DNA from: Haliotis cracherodii
Lineage: Eukaryota
Length of the DNA stretch: 64,000 bases
Direction of reading: 5' to 3'
Assembly (NCBI RefSeq): GCF_022045235.1
Contig: NW_027266264.1
Location: 26,970,001-27,034,000 of the forward strand
The number at the start of each line of letters is the position of its first letter. The stretch's first letter is position 1. Of this stretch, positions 26,382-37,602 are shown one piece after another. The notes beneath the pieces were generated by a model. That model made no database searches. It was not told the origin of the DNA and saw only the letters and a list, made by a program, of their open reading frames with translations. The translations under genes and the position numbers were made by a program.

Positions 26382-26717
26382 CCGTATTCGCCAAATAAGT
26401 GCCCACGGCGAGATTTGCAGATATATTGGCTAGTGAACAATCCCAATTAGCACCCCTTCCAACCCCTATCCGCATATAATATGGACCGCTTCCTTCTCCT
26501 ATTCGTGCATAATACGCACTCGTGTGTTATATGCACCCTTTATTATTGGCAATTAAATTCTGGAAAAATATATCTGTCATACATAAACATTTCAAGCTGT
26601 CAGCATACACCACAAAATTTATCTTTCAACTCTGTTTTTTCCCCACGAAATTAATATTCTAATAAGAGCCCTCTATTTGTAATCTTGTGCGCGCCCTATT
26701 TATTACATCAAATACGG
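26382..26717. mobile_element. pogo/Tigger-like MITE, copy 2 (same family)
   Basis: TA|CCGTATT...AATACGG|TA; shares atatattggctagtgaacaatc with copy 1. Confidence 0.88.
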
Positions 26718-26850
26718 TATGTGTTTTATTATTGTAACTGCAAATATTCATAACATGCACGATCTGGGTCTAATAGTTCTTGGATTCCTCTCTCATGCAA
26801 GTCTATGATGGGCTCAACCAGCTTTGCCTGCCTTGGATTGCCTGGTTACA

Positions 26851-26985
26851 TTGGTTGGTTGGTTGTTATACGCCGCACTCAGCAATATTCCAGCTATATG
26901 ATGGCGTCTGTAAGTAATCAAGTCTGGACCAGACAATCCAGTGACTGACATCATGACCATCGATTCACACAATTGGGACACGATG
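26851..26985 (-). mobile_element. Family B, 5'-truncated
   Basis: 3' half of the consensus. Confidence 0.85.
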
Positions 26986-27164
26986 TTGCTTGGTTAAAAG
27001 AGACCTTCAGTTGCCCACATTGCAACATACACTACACTATACTCAGCTGTTGTTAGGGATAACAGGATGTTACCTGTATACTGTTACAAAACTCAGATAA
27101 CTTGCTAACAGTTTAATTCAATATTTTCTTATGTTAATTTGAACCTGAAATGAAGCTGGAGATA

Positions 27165-27287
27165 TACTGAACAAAAACAAGGAATCATGAATACAATAGG
27201 GGTATTTTTTTGTTGTGGCGACGGAACACACAATTCCAAAAAAATACCCCCAAATATATTCATGATCCGTAAGCTTTTTGTTCAGTA
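27165..27287. mobile_element. Tc1-like palindromic MITE
   Basis: TA|TACTGAACAAAAA...TTTTTGTTCAGTA|TA; related copy at about 11998-12098. Confidence 0.82.
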
Positions 27288-27949
27288 TATATCAGTTTCA
27301 CTGTAATGTATCAAATTATTTGTATTACAACATCTTCAAGAAATCAGTCACATTCAATCCCCACAAGAATAATAAGCTTATTGATCATCAGCAAAAGTTG
27401 AGAAGTATATGTGACACATCAGTCATCTGGTACAATGACAATCACGGCTAGTCACACCAAAGACATAAAACATATCAGGAATGCTGAGCATCAAATGGCA
27501 GATTATTTTATAATATTAGATGACTGATCTACAATTTTTAAATCTTACAATTTAGAAAAGATTTGCCCCCAGGATGACAGTTTGCAGCAGCAAGGAGAAG
27601 AACCTTTCCTCCACTGACAATATTTTTGACACCATGTTTGAAATCAAGAAAGGAAGGCAAGAGGCAAGAGGCCCTGTTTGAAACGAGGACAGCCCTTAAT
27701 TTGTAACAATGAGGAAAGTAAGGATCACCCATAACAAACAAATAACAATGATGAACTGAAGAATGACAACATATTTTCCACAGGATACAATTACTTCACG
27801 AGACAGGAAGTCCCAACTTTCCACCCTCGAGTTCCCAATTCAAAGACCGGACTTATCTATTTGTGTAAGTAAACTTGACACACTTGTACCTATGTTAGGA
27901 AATCTAAGGTTACTTATATCCTTAATCAAAATGCATATCTAACCTTGTA

Positions 27950-28105
27950 CATATAGGTGCAGCCTCTGCTCTTGCTGTGCACAATTGTGTCCCTAGGGTG
28001 TGCCAGAATCTGATGATTGTTGGCTTCAATCCCAGAGGATCTGACTGTATATGCCTGACACACTGACACACCATCATATTACTGAAATACTGTTCCTCAC
28101 TCACT
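27950..28105 (+). mobile_element. SINE family C, degenerate, opposite orientation
   Basis: gctgtgcacaattgtgtccctagggtgtgccagaa...ctcactcactc. Confidence 0.7.
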
Positions 28106-28120
28106 CCATTTCACAAACAT

Positions 28121-28390
28121 ACCCGTAAAGATACCGATTAGAATAGGTCTTCAGCAACCCCTGCTTACTGTGAGAGGCGACTATGCTTGTCATAAGAGGT
28201 GACTAACAGAACCGGTGGTCAGGCTCGCTGACTTGGTTGATGCATGTCATCATATCCCAATTGCGAAGATTGATGCTCATGATGTCAATCACTTGATTGC
28301 CTAGTCCATACTTGATTATTTACAAACAGCCATCATATAGCTGGAATACTGCTGAGTGCAGCTTTAAACAACAACAAAAAAAACAAAAAA
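28121..28390 (+). mobile_element. Family B, full length
   Basis: Starts acccgt; A-rich tail; imperfect TSD cac(a/g)aacat. Confidence 0.88.
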
Positions 28391-29157
28391 ACACGAACAT
28401 GAACTTGTCTCTTATCTTAACTTTCCTTGCAATGCACCAGCCATTGGCTTCACAGATTTTACCCATCTGGGAATCAAACACGGACCTTTGGCCCGACGAG
28501 GTAACACTTCAAATACTAGGTACCACACCACTCCGATGCCATATGAAATTGACATACAAAATAATCCAAATGTTCATCAAACTGGTGCTAAAGCATATCT
28601 CACATGTTCCAAAAGCAGCCCTGAGTGTCCACATGGACTGAAGAATGTGGAAGTGAAGTATTGAAGGGGTCATGGCATGCTCATCCCTTGACACAAAATA
28701 CCTTTATTATCAGCACCAGGGGGTTTCAGGGAGGAACAGCTGGGCCAAATACTTACACCCATGTTGTTGATTTCACCACGGCTACTGAACACCAAGTGCT
28801 AGGCAGGGTTCCGATCTGGGCAGACCATAGGATCTACATGATGGGCCTCGGTGTAGCTACAGATAACTCTTATCAATTACACACGCCACAGAGTGATTCA
28901 ATACGATAGGCATGAGGTCAGATCAACATTGCTTCTGTTTAACAGATCTGTATTTAAATGGGTATCATGTGTTTTTGATAGACACCTTATAATATCAACA
29001 CCAAAGGAAAAGGTCTGTTTGGTATTATAGCAGTTGGTCAGCAACAGTAAAGACAAGATATTTAAGGATGAAAAAAACCCTTCTTAGTTCTATTATGTGA
29101 AATTTTGGTATAGACTCTTATACTGTTGTCAAGCACTTCCCTCTTGCTTGACAATTG

Positions 29158-29425
29158 ACCCGTGAAGATTTCGGGGTAGAAAAGGTCTTCAGCAACCCAT
29201 GCTTGCCGTAAAAGGTGACTATGCTTGTCATAAAAGGCGACTAACATGATTGGGTGGTCAGGCTCGCTGACTTGGTTGATGCATGTCATCGATTCCAATT
29301 GCGTGGACCGATGCTCAAGATATCAATCACTGGACTGTCTGGTCCAGACTCAATTATTTACAGACCGCCGTCATATAGCTGGAATATTGCTGAGTGTGGC
29401 GTTAAACAACAAACCAACCAACCAA
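29158..29425 (+). mobile_element. Family B, full length, best-defined copy
   Basis: 15-bp TSD cttgcttgacaattg (29143-29157 and 29426-29440). Confidence 0.95.
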
Positions 29426-29644
29426 CTTGCTTGACAATTGGCATAATGATCTATACTGAATCATTGCATCATACTAGAACAAAGAAGTTGTCCTCAATAA
29501 AATATATTGTCTTTACTAAAACAAAAAAAGGAGACAAACTAACTTAAAAAACAAAGTGGTATTTTTCCAGTTATTTGAATCATGATATCAGGGTGAAGCT
29601 GTAAATATTTAGGCAGTCAACAGTTTAAAGATCAAACGGAATCA

Positions 29645-29775
29645 TGAGTGAGTATGTGTTTTAGCAATATTCCAGCAATATCAAGGCAGGGGAATCAGAG
29701 ATGGGCTTCACACATGACCCCTGTCAGGAATCGAACCCAGATTTTTGCGAATACTTTAACCACTAGGCTACCCAA
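29645..29775 (-). mobile_element. SINE family A (internally deleted)
   Basis: ttagcaatattccagcaatatc...aaccactaggctaccc. Confidence 0.85.
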
Positions 29776-30431
29776 CTGGAATCTGAGTTCAGGAGTACTG
29801 TACCAGGAGTTAAGGTGCCGTACTTCTAACGTCGGCGGAGGCAAGATTGTTGCACTATTGTGTGCATACACTTTACAAGATTTATCCTCTCATATCAAAT
29901 TCATCAGAACGGGAACACATTATTGGATAAATAAAATGTTGGTTCAATTAACAACAGCAGTAATTAACAGTGGCAGTAATTGATCAATCCACATGAACAA
30001 GAATGCACTACTACACTAGGTTTTCTGGAACCACTATGGGTAACTATGGTAACTGATTTGAAATAATATATAGTCTAACAGTAATGAATCTACTTACACC
30101 TTGTGGTTATACACGGGAAACCCTGAGACAAAACATGAATCTATGATTCCAACAAACAAAATCCTGGCACATTTATAGGACATGATCAACATTTGTCAAA
30201 GTTGTCACCAGAAAACTTGCCCCACCCAGTACTAATCTAGTCGCTGTGACCTCTACTTGATTCCGAGTGGCCTGCCAATCAAACTTCATGTGGTCATAAA
30301 GACGCAATACCCATAACTTCTATATGGTCAATATTTGTTCTAGTTAGCATCAACAAACATATTAACAGCAGGGCAGACACCAGGTTTACTCCTTGATAAG
30401 CTCTACTGCTTGTTATTACCTACCCAGTGAG

Positions 30432-30648
30432 ACCCATGAAGATCTGGGTTAGAATTGGTCTTCAGCCACCCATGCTTGTCATAAGAGGTAACTAACAGGA
30501 TAAGGCTGTCAAGTTCACTGACTTGGTTCATGCATGTCATCGTATTCCAAATGCCTGGATCAATACTCATGATGTCAATCACTTCACTTTCTGGTCCAGA
30601 TTCCATTATTTACAGACCGCCGTCATATAGCTGAAATATTGCTGAGTA
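30432..30648 (+). mobile_element. Family B, 3' end replaced by minisatellite
   Basis: acccatgaagatctgggttagaattggtcttcag head. Confidence 0.88.
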
Positions 30649-30654
30649 TCCAGT

Positions 30655-31615
30655 GGTAGCTTGTTATCACCTTCCAACTGCATGTTATTACCTACCAACT
30701 GCTTGTTATTACCTACCAACTGCTTGTTATTACCTACCCGATGGCTTGTTATTACCCAGCAACTGCTTCTTATTATACCTACAAAATGCTTGTTATCAAT
30801 TACCTAATGGCTTGTTATTACCTACCAACTGCTTGTTATTACCTGCCCAATGGCTTGTTATTACCTATTCAACATCTTGTTATTACCTGCCCACTGCTTG
30901 TTATTACCCACCAACTGCTTGTTATTACCTACCCAATGGCCTGTAACTACCTACCCAACTACTAGTTATAACCTACCCAACTACTAGTTATTACCTACCC
31001 TACTACTTGTTATTATCTAACCAACTGCTTGTTATTACCTTTCTAACTGCTTGTTATAACCTTCTAACTGCTGTTATTACCTTTCCAACTGTTTGAGGTA
31101 ACCTACCCAATGGCCTGTTACTACCTACATAACTACTTGTTATTACCTACCCAACTACTTGTTATTACCTACCCAACTACTTGTTATTACCTACCAACTG
31201 CTTGTTATAACCTTCTTAACTGCTTGTTTTTAACTTCCAACTGCTTGCTATTACCTATCCAACGGCTTGTTATTACCTTCCTAACTGCTTGTTATAACCT
31301 TCTAACTGCTGTTATTACCTTTCCAACTGTTCGAGATTACCTACCCAATGGCCTGTTACTACCTACCCAACTACTTGTTATTACCTATCCAACTACTTGC
31401 TATTACCTACCCAACTACATGTTATCACCTACCAACTGCTTGTTATAATCTTCTTAACTGCTTGCTATTACCTATCTAACTGCTGTTATTACCTTTCCAA
31501 CTGTTTGAGATTACCTATCCAATGGCTTGTTATTACCTTCCTAACTCCTATTTATTACCTAACTGCTTGTTATTACCTATCCAATGGCTTGTAATAACCT
31601 ACTCCCAAAATTATT
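30655..31615. repeat. 19-23 bp minisatellite (tgcttgttattacctacccaac) with higher-order duplication of about 240 bp
   Basis: The block cttctaactgctgttattacctttccaactgtt recurs at about 31061, 31299 and 31475. Confidence 0.93.
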
Positions 31616-33294
31616 ATGCCAATCAAAGCTCTCTTGGCAAAAATAAGAGAGGTTAAATCTTCTCACTGAAACCATTGACAATTGGAAGCAAACACCCCAC
31701 ATATATAACTCCTTCAAGCAACATTTTGCATGTATTACAAATTGGTCTGCACTGAGGTTTGGCGGGTCAGAATGGGTTAACCTCTGATGTGGGTGCACCA
31801 CGATTTAATTCCTCATTCCAACCTTGGAATCTGGATAAGTGTGATAACCATTGCAACTCTAAACAGATGTGTACACAGAGAGTATGTTCAGTACATCCTA
31901 TTGAATATATACATAACAGTGTCGATGAAGATATATTGATAAAGCTTAATAAACATTTTACACTGTCACAGTTCACGGTAAAAAACCTGCAAGGATCAAT
32001 ACTATATGGTGATGTTAAAAGAATAATAAGAGAATATATACATGCAATTCTATTATCACTATCACAGTCTTATTTAACTTTAAGTCTAGTTTGCATTTTA
32101 CTTATGTTTTATTGTCTGTGAAGTCAACAGGGGACTCGACTGGTGTGCTATCTTCTTAAAAGTCTGGACTGGGTTTTCTACTGGTAGGGTGTCCTCTAGC
32201 TATTCTAGTCTGGTGTCGACTGATGTAGTACTGCCTAGCTATTTTAGACCATCAAGTCTTTCTCCTTGACCAGACCTTTGAAGAATGACACCAGAACAAC
32301 TGAGTACATGGAATTGAAAAGTTGGTAGCTGGATCAAACATTTAAAAAAACATGTACTCACTGCACATCAATGATACATTTAAATGATATCTACAGAAAT
32401 AGCTGATTAATGGCCAAAAATTCAGTATGACATCAGCATCAATGAAATTACTTCATCATTCTGTGAGCACTTGCTGGAGACACCAGATTTGGGATCATTA
32501 ACACAAAGTTTCAGTTCTATAGTTTCCTTGTAGTTTCTGGGTAGATGTCGAAAAGTGAAGTTAATGACGGACGGGAGATGGACAACATACCATGACATAA
32601 GCTCACTAAACTTTCAGTCAGATGACCAAAAGTACTGTGTGCGAAAAGTATAGTTGATGGACAACTCAAACAAGATGCATGTGTATCAGGATGGTTGGGA
32701 ACATCCTCTATCTGCTGCGATCTTCCAGCACAGATGGTGTCTGTACATGTGAAGTGAAGTTCAACCATCCGGACTCACATCTCTTTACTCTTTCTGACTC
32801 GATGACAAGATCGAGATGAACGTATCACTTCAGCCAATCAGCACATAGTTGCCAGGGACACATGTTGCCACTGATGGAGGTTGTCACAAATCAGTCAATA
32901 CTAGTAGCCTCTTGATTAACATTGGTTAGCCAGTCATTCTTGATTATTCAATGTATCATGTACATCATTCTATAATTAACCTTAGCACAGAGTTTCTGTC
33001 GCTCATCAGTGTAGTTTGATTGGATGACAATTATTATCGTTATTAAGAATCGGGCTCCAAAGCCATGGTGGTGAATGGGTACAAGGGAGTTAATCATAAC
33101 AGGATGGAGATATAACACCCTGGACAAAAGAAGATGAACAACTGTCAGAACTGCCTTTGTTTGCTCGGCCTGTTGAAAACTGTAAATGTACGTTCAATAT
33201 CTGACACTAGTGTGAGTTAGAGCCAGTGAGTGAATTGGGGTTCATTGCCACTTTCTTTTCTTTCAGTTATTATGAGGCCATAAGGTGACACAGG

Positions 33295-33550
33295 TTATGT
33301 GGGCATGGATGATATGGATGGACATGGTTGATACGGATGGGCAAGGATGATATGGATGGGGATAGATGATATTGAAGGAAATGGATGATACGAATAGCTA
33401 GGATGGGTTCGGATGGAAATGGTTTATACAGATGAAAATGGCTTTGAAGGGATGTGCACACATGGATTTTGGTGGGCATGGATGATATGGATGGTAAGGA
33501 TGGGCACAGGTGGATATGGGTGGATAATGGATAGTCATGGGTGGATATGA
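33295..33550. repeat. Degenerate (GGAT/GGATAT)n low-complexity tract next to an EXT1 donor
   Basis: Repeated ggatgatatggatgg. Confidence 0.75.
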
Positions 33551-33561
33551 AAGTAACATAC

Positions 33562-33688
33562 CTGAAGCAGGAGCCTCTCGTCGCCCCAGATGACCACCTT
33601 CGTCCAGTCGATGACTTCAGCGAAGGGTAACTCCCATCCATTACTAAGCAATACTGGAACACAGGCAGCTTGAAGAGCTTCCAAAAAC
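33562..33688 (-). CDS. EXT1: EXT1 exon: [42 protein letters not shown]
   Basis: 127 nt, TTTCAG acceptor, GTATGT donor, phase 2/0. Near-identical to EXT1 [26 protein letters not shown]. Confidence 0.97.
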
Positions 33689-33727
33689 CTGAAACACAAC
33701 AAACATGGTCAACTCCTACAATCAGCA

Positions 33728-33776
33728 GTGAGTGAGTGAGTGAGTGAGTGAGTGAGTGAGTGAGTGAGTGAGTGAG
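33728..33776. repeat. (GAGT)n microsatellite
   Basis: About 12 perfect units. Similar tracts at 15683-15714 and 46241-46312. Confidence 0.95.
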
Positions 33777-34956
33777 TAGTGCAAGCATGTCGTTTCAATT
33801 TTTGGGAGTACACAGTTCCACGGACATTTGCATGACCAACGAACACCATAATTCTCCAGACATCACACGCACTAATACAGTTATTTAAAATCCAGTATTG
33901 GTGCAGTTAGTGATTTCACCCAATAAGCAAAAGAAGACCTGCTTCTTTAAATCTAATTACTAGGTATTCAATACTACTGGACAAATGACAGACAATCCAT
34001 ACACTTTCTACCACAAAAAAAAAGATCACCTCTCTCTTCAACTCCACAAAACATCATCATGGCCAAATCTTATTTTTCTATTAGACAAAACCAATAAACA
34101 GGATTCAATTCATCACTGCCTAGCTTCGTTCCAGTGCAGTTATACATCACTTGTTTGAACCAAACTTTCCAGCATCCCACTGAATAAGGTTTTATTTAAA
34201 ACACAGCTCTAATACATCTTCATTTCAACATGTGGACGTGGTATCCATTATCTCTAAAAGAATCCCACTTGTGCCACACAGTTGAGGAATCCTTTTCAAA
34301 AGCTGACAAAAAAGCCTTATCAATCACACTGGCCGCTACCATCGTTCTCTACAGCCAAGCTAAACTAATCTAATAAGGAGAATCACTTAATCAAGGCTAT
34401 TAGACTCGGGTATATACACGCAGCCATCTCAAGGTGTCGACAATTGTAAGCTGTGACAGGAATATAGTATCTTCGTTATCACAGGTCCACATGGTGTGTG
34501 GTTCTGACACTGGACATGGTTGCTTCAGTCATGTCTGCATGTGGGTACGTTTAATATACATATAAAAGGAAGGCCATGTCTGTGACTCCCTTGATGTTGA
34601 ACACTCATGAATATTTATTCCGGGGGATGATTTCACTTGCACGTTAATGTGTGACAAAATGCAGTTGGGGTGTCATTATGACGTTATTGATGTTTGTTGC
34701 ATACACATCAATGGCACATTACCATTGCAGCGTTGTTTAGAATTCCCAAATGTATAACAGTGATCATTAGGATGAAAAGCCGGTTAGTGTAAATATTAAC
34801 AAGTTTGGTATCCACAGTCCTCACGAAAGTTAAATGCATGAAATTAACACATTCTGAATATCAGTCTTTTGATGTTGTTATACACCTCAAACATTTATTC
34901 AACAGAATGGCAAGATGTATGAATGTCAACAATATCCCAGCTGATGTAAGGGTAAC

Positions 34957-35083
34957 GCTATTTTTCAGGGCATTATCATTTGCAGAAGCCCACGGTCTTT
35001 TCAACTGCCTTCCTTCTTGGGGCAGTATAGGGCAGTTGAAAAGACTGAGGGCTTCTGCAAATGATAATGCCCTGAAAAATAGC
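34957..35083. repeat. Inverted repeat, arms of about 53 bp, 21-nt loop
   Basis: gctatttttcagggcattatcatttgcagaagccc.../...gggcttctgcaaatgataatgccctgaaaaatagc. Confidence 0.92.
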
Positions 35084-35585
35084 ATTATCGTTATTAAACC
35101 TTAAATGGATGATATTTGTTATCAAATAAAAATAAACAATATCGGTTTTGAAACATTTAATGCAATCAACACAAATTTCACTGCCCCACTTTTACAAATA
35201 TGGAAACGTCATAGAACAAACCAGATGACGTCACTATTGAACGTGACGTCACCTTTCCTATCACTGTGACGTCACCTTACAACAGGCGTGATAATGGCCC
35301 GTCGTCAAGTAATATGAGGGTATTATCAAGTTACAGTGGCCAGCTCATTTCTGATAACATGCAGGCGGTTTAATGATAATTCTATCCATTTTAGCTATAA
35401 AGTAGAGTAAGATACACCTCCACATGACAGTAACAAAAGCCATGGAGCTCAAAGTGCATATAAACCGCAATGCTCGAGCATAAACAGTCTCGAGTATCCA
35501 ATGAAATAGATTCCATTGGGTGTTAAGGGTTGAACAGCAGTGAAACTTATATGAATGGATCACTGAAAATCACTGATGACACCAG

Positions 35586-35879
35586 GGCCCACTTGCACAA
35601 AGCGATCTTTGCGCTAAGACTATCGTAAGCATATGTTAAAGTATGCGGGCTAAGATCGCTTTGTGCAAGTGGGCCCTGGGCCCCATTCCTCAAAGCGATC
35701 TTAGCGCTAAGACTATCGTAAGCCTATGTTAAAGTATGGGGGCTAAGATCGCTTTGAGCAAGTGGGCCCAGGGCCTCCGTTTCTCAAAGCGATCTTAGCA
35801 CTAAGGTGATCGTAAGTCCCATACTTTAACATAGGCTTATGATCATCGCCCTGCTAAGACCGCTTTGAGGAATGGGGCC
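35586..35879. mobile_element. Three stacked PIF/Harbinger-type MITEs (35586-35675, 35679-35768, 35772-35879)
   Basis: TIRs GGCCC(A/C)..TT.C.CAAAGCGATCTT; separated and flanked by CAG/CTG; third copy inverted. Confidence 0.88.
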
Positions 35880-36379
35880 CAGGTGTTAATGAAAAGGGAA
35901 AGCATGTCCTGCTCTACTGGAAGCGCTTGCAACTCCCACAATTTCCACAAAAAGTATGTGTTTGTTGCCTGAAACAAACCAGAAAATCAAGTGATGGACC
36001 AGAAATCCAGTCTCACAACCGCACATCGACTGATTCTGTTAAAACAGGTATGTGAGACTATTTGGGGCTTTTATGCCTGCCGGTAATATAGCAGTTGAAA
36101 TTACCTGAAAAAGATGTATTTGTTCCATTGCAGTCATCTGTAGAATGTTATTGTCAGGTACGCCTGCACTGATGAACCCTCTGTCGTTCAGTCAAATCGA
36201 ACTAAAATCAACTAAAAAAAGACTCATCCAAACTATACTTCTCCATTTCTGATAGGGGTATTTTTTATGTCAATGTCAAAACTATATTAAAATAGAATGA
36301 CATATCTGATCATTCCTATCAAAAGTTGAGTAACATGATTCCCAGAAAGACCATCATTACATCCCGTGAAACTGCCAAC

Positions 36380-36547
36380 TACACTGAAACACCGCTGTGT
36401 CGCACTTTGATGTGTCGAACTTATTGCTGTTTCGAAGTAAAACTTCATCCCTGCATATTCCTTCTGTATTCATGTTTCAGTTATGTCAAACCTCGGATAA
36501 CTCGAGGCATGTACATATGTCCCTTCAATTTCGATACAATGACTGTA
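36380..36547. mobile_element. Degenerate mariner/pogo-like MITE
   Basis: tacactgaaacaccgctgtgtcg...cctcggataactcga...ttcgatacaatgactgta; repeated tgtcgaa-type subterminal motifs. Confidence 0.45.
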
Positions 36548-37391
36548 AATTATCCCTTCAGCATTCGAAATATTTTTTTTCAAATTTTTAAACTTTCCAG
36601 ACCACACCTGCAATTTCAGTAAATCATGTTAAAAACAAAGACTTTGTATTGAATGAGCTGTAACATATCACCACACAAATATCAGGCAGACAAAGTCAAC
36701 TGTAAAGATGTAACAGAAACCGAGCCCCGAAAGTTTGCTTGTGTCGCCATACAGCCGACATTAGCAGTAGGTGTAGCCACCATCAGCCATCACATACCCG
36801 GAACTGTGGAGCCCAGGCCGGCCTGGTTTGTCTGGTGCAGTGAGTCAATATTAACACAGCAAGTCCACGCTACTGTATATGAATGAGTGGGACGTATTCA
36901 GGAGAGACTATGGGGGAAATGGGAACGTACATTGTACTGTTTGCAACTTGTCTCATTCAATAGAGGTGATTTACGCATGTCAAAGGATTTTTTAGAAAAG
37001 TAGTTGATGTTTTAGAATTAGAAGGGAAGTAGCGTGTACAATGTTGACATACCAGAACAGACACGCTGACATGTAGTCCATGTTCGTCCAATTAAAGAAA
37101 TTTGTAAACTAGTTTAACATTCTAGAATCATCAGAAAATTCATCCCCTTAGTGGAAAATAATTGAATGTTTTGGAAACTATCCATAAATTGAATTTTACC
37201 AAAGTGAAGCCCCTTGTTAATGATTGAGTATGGTTTAACACTGCTTTTAGCATTTCGCAAGGAATGCTACTATCCAAAAGGATCTTGGTTAAATATGCAG
37301 GACTCGAGACAGTTTTGGAGCCATTGAGTATTTAGTTCCACTGGGCATTGATAGTTTTCTTTGGGTACAAAATATATTTTTAGTTGAGTAA

Positions 37392-37602
37392 GCGGTGACT
37401 ATGCTTGTCGTAAGAGGCTACTAACGGGATTGGGTGGTCAGACTCGTTGACTTGGTTGATGCACGTCATCATATCCCAATTACGTGGTTCATGATGTCAA
37501 TCTTTGGATTGTCTGGTCCAGACTCAATTACTAACAGACCGCCGTCATATAGCTGAAATATTGCTGAGTGCAGCATTAAACTACAAGCAAACAAACAAAC
37601 AA
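37392..37602 (+). mobile_element. Family B, 5'-truncated
   Basis: tgcttgtcgtaagaggc...aaacaaacaaac. Confidence 0.88.
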
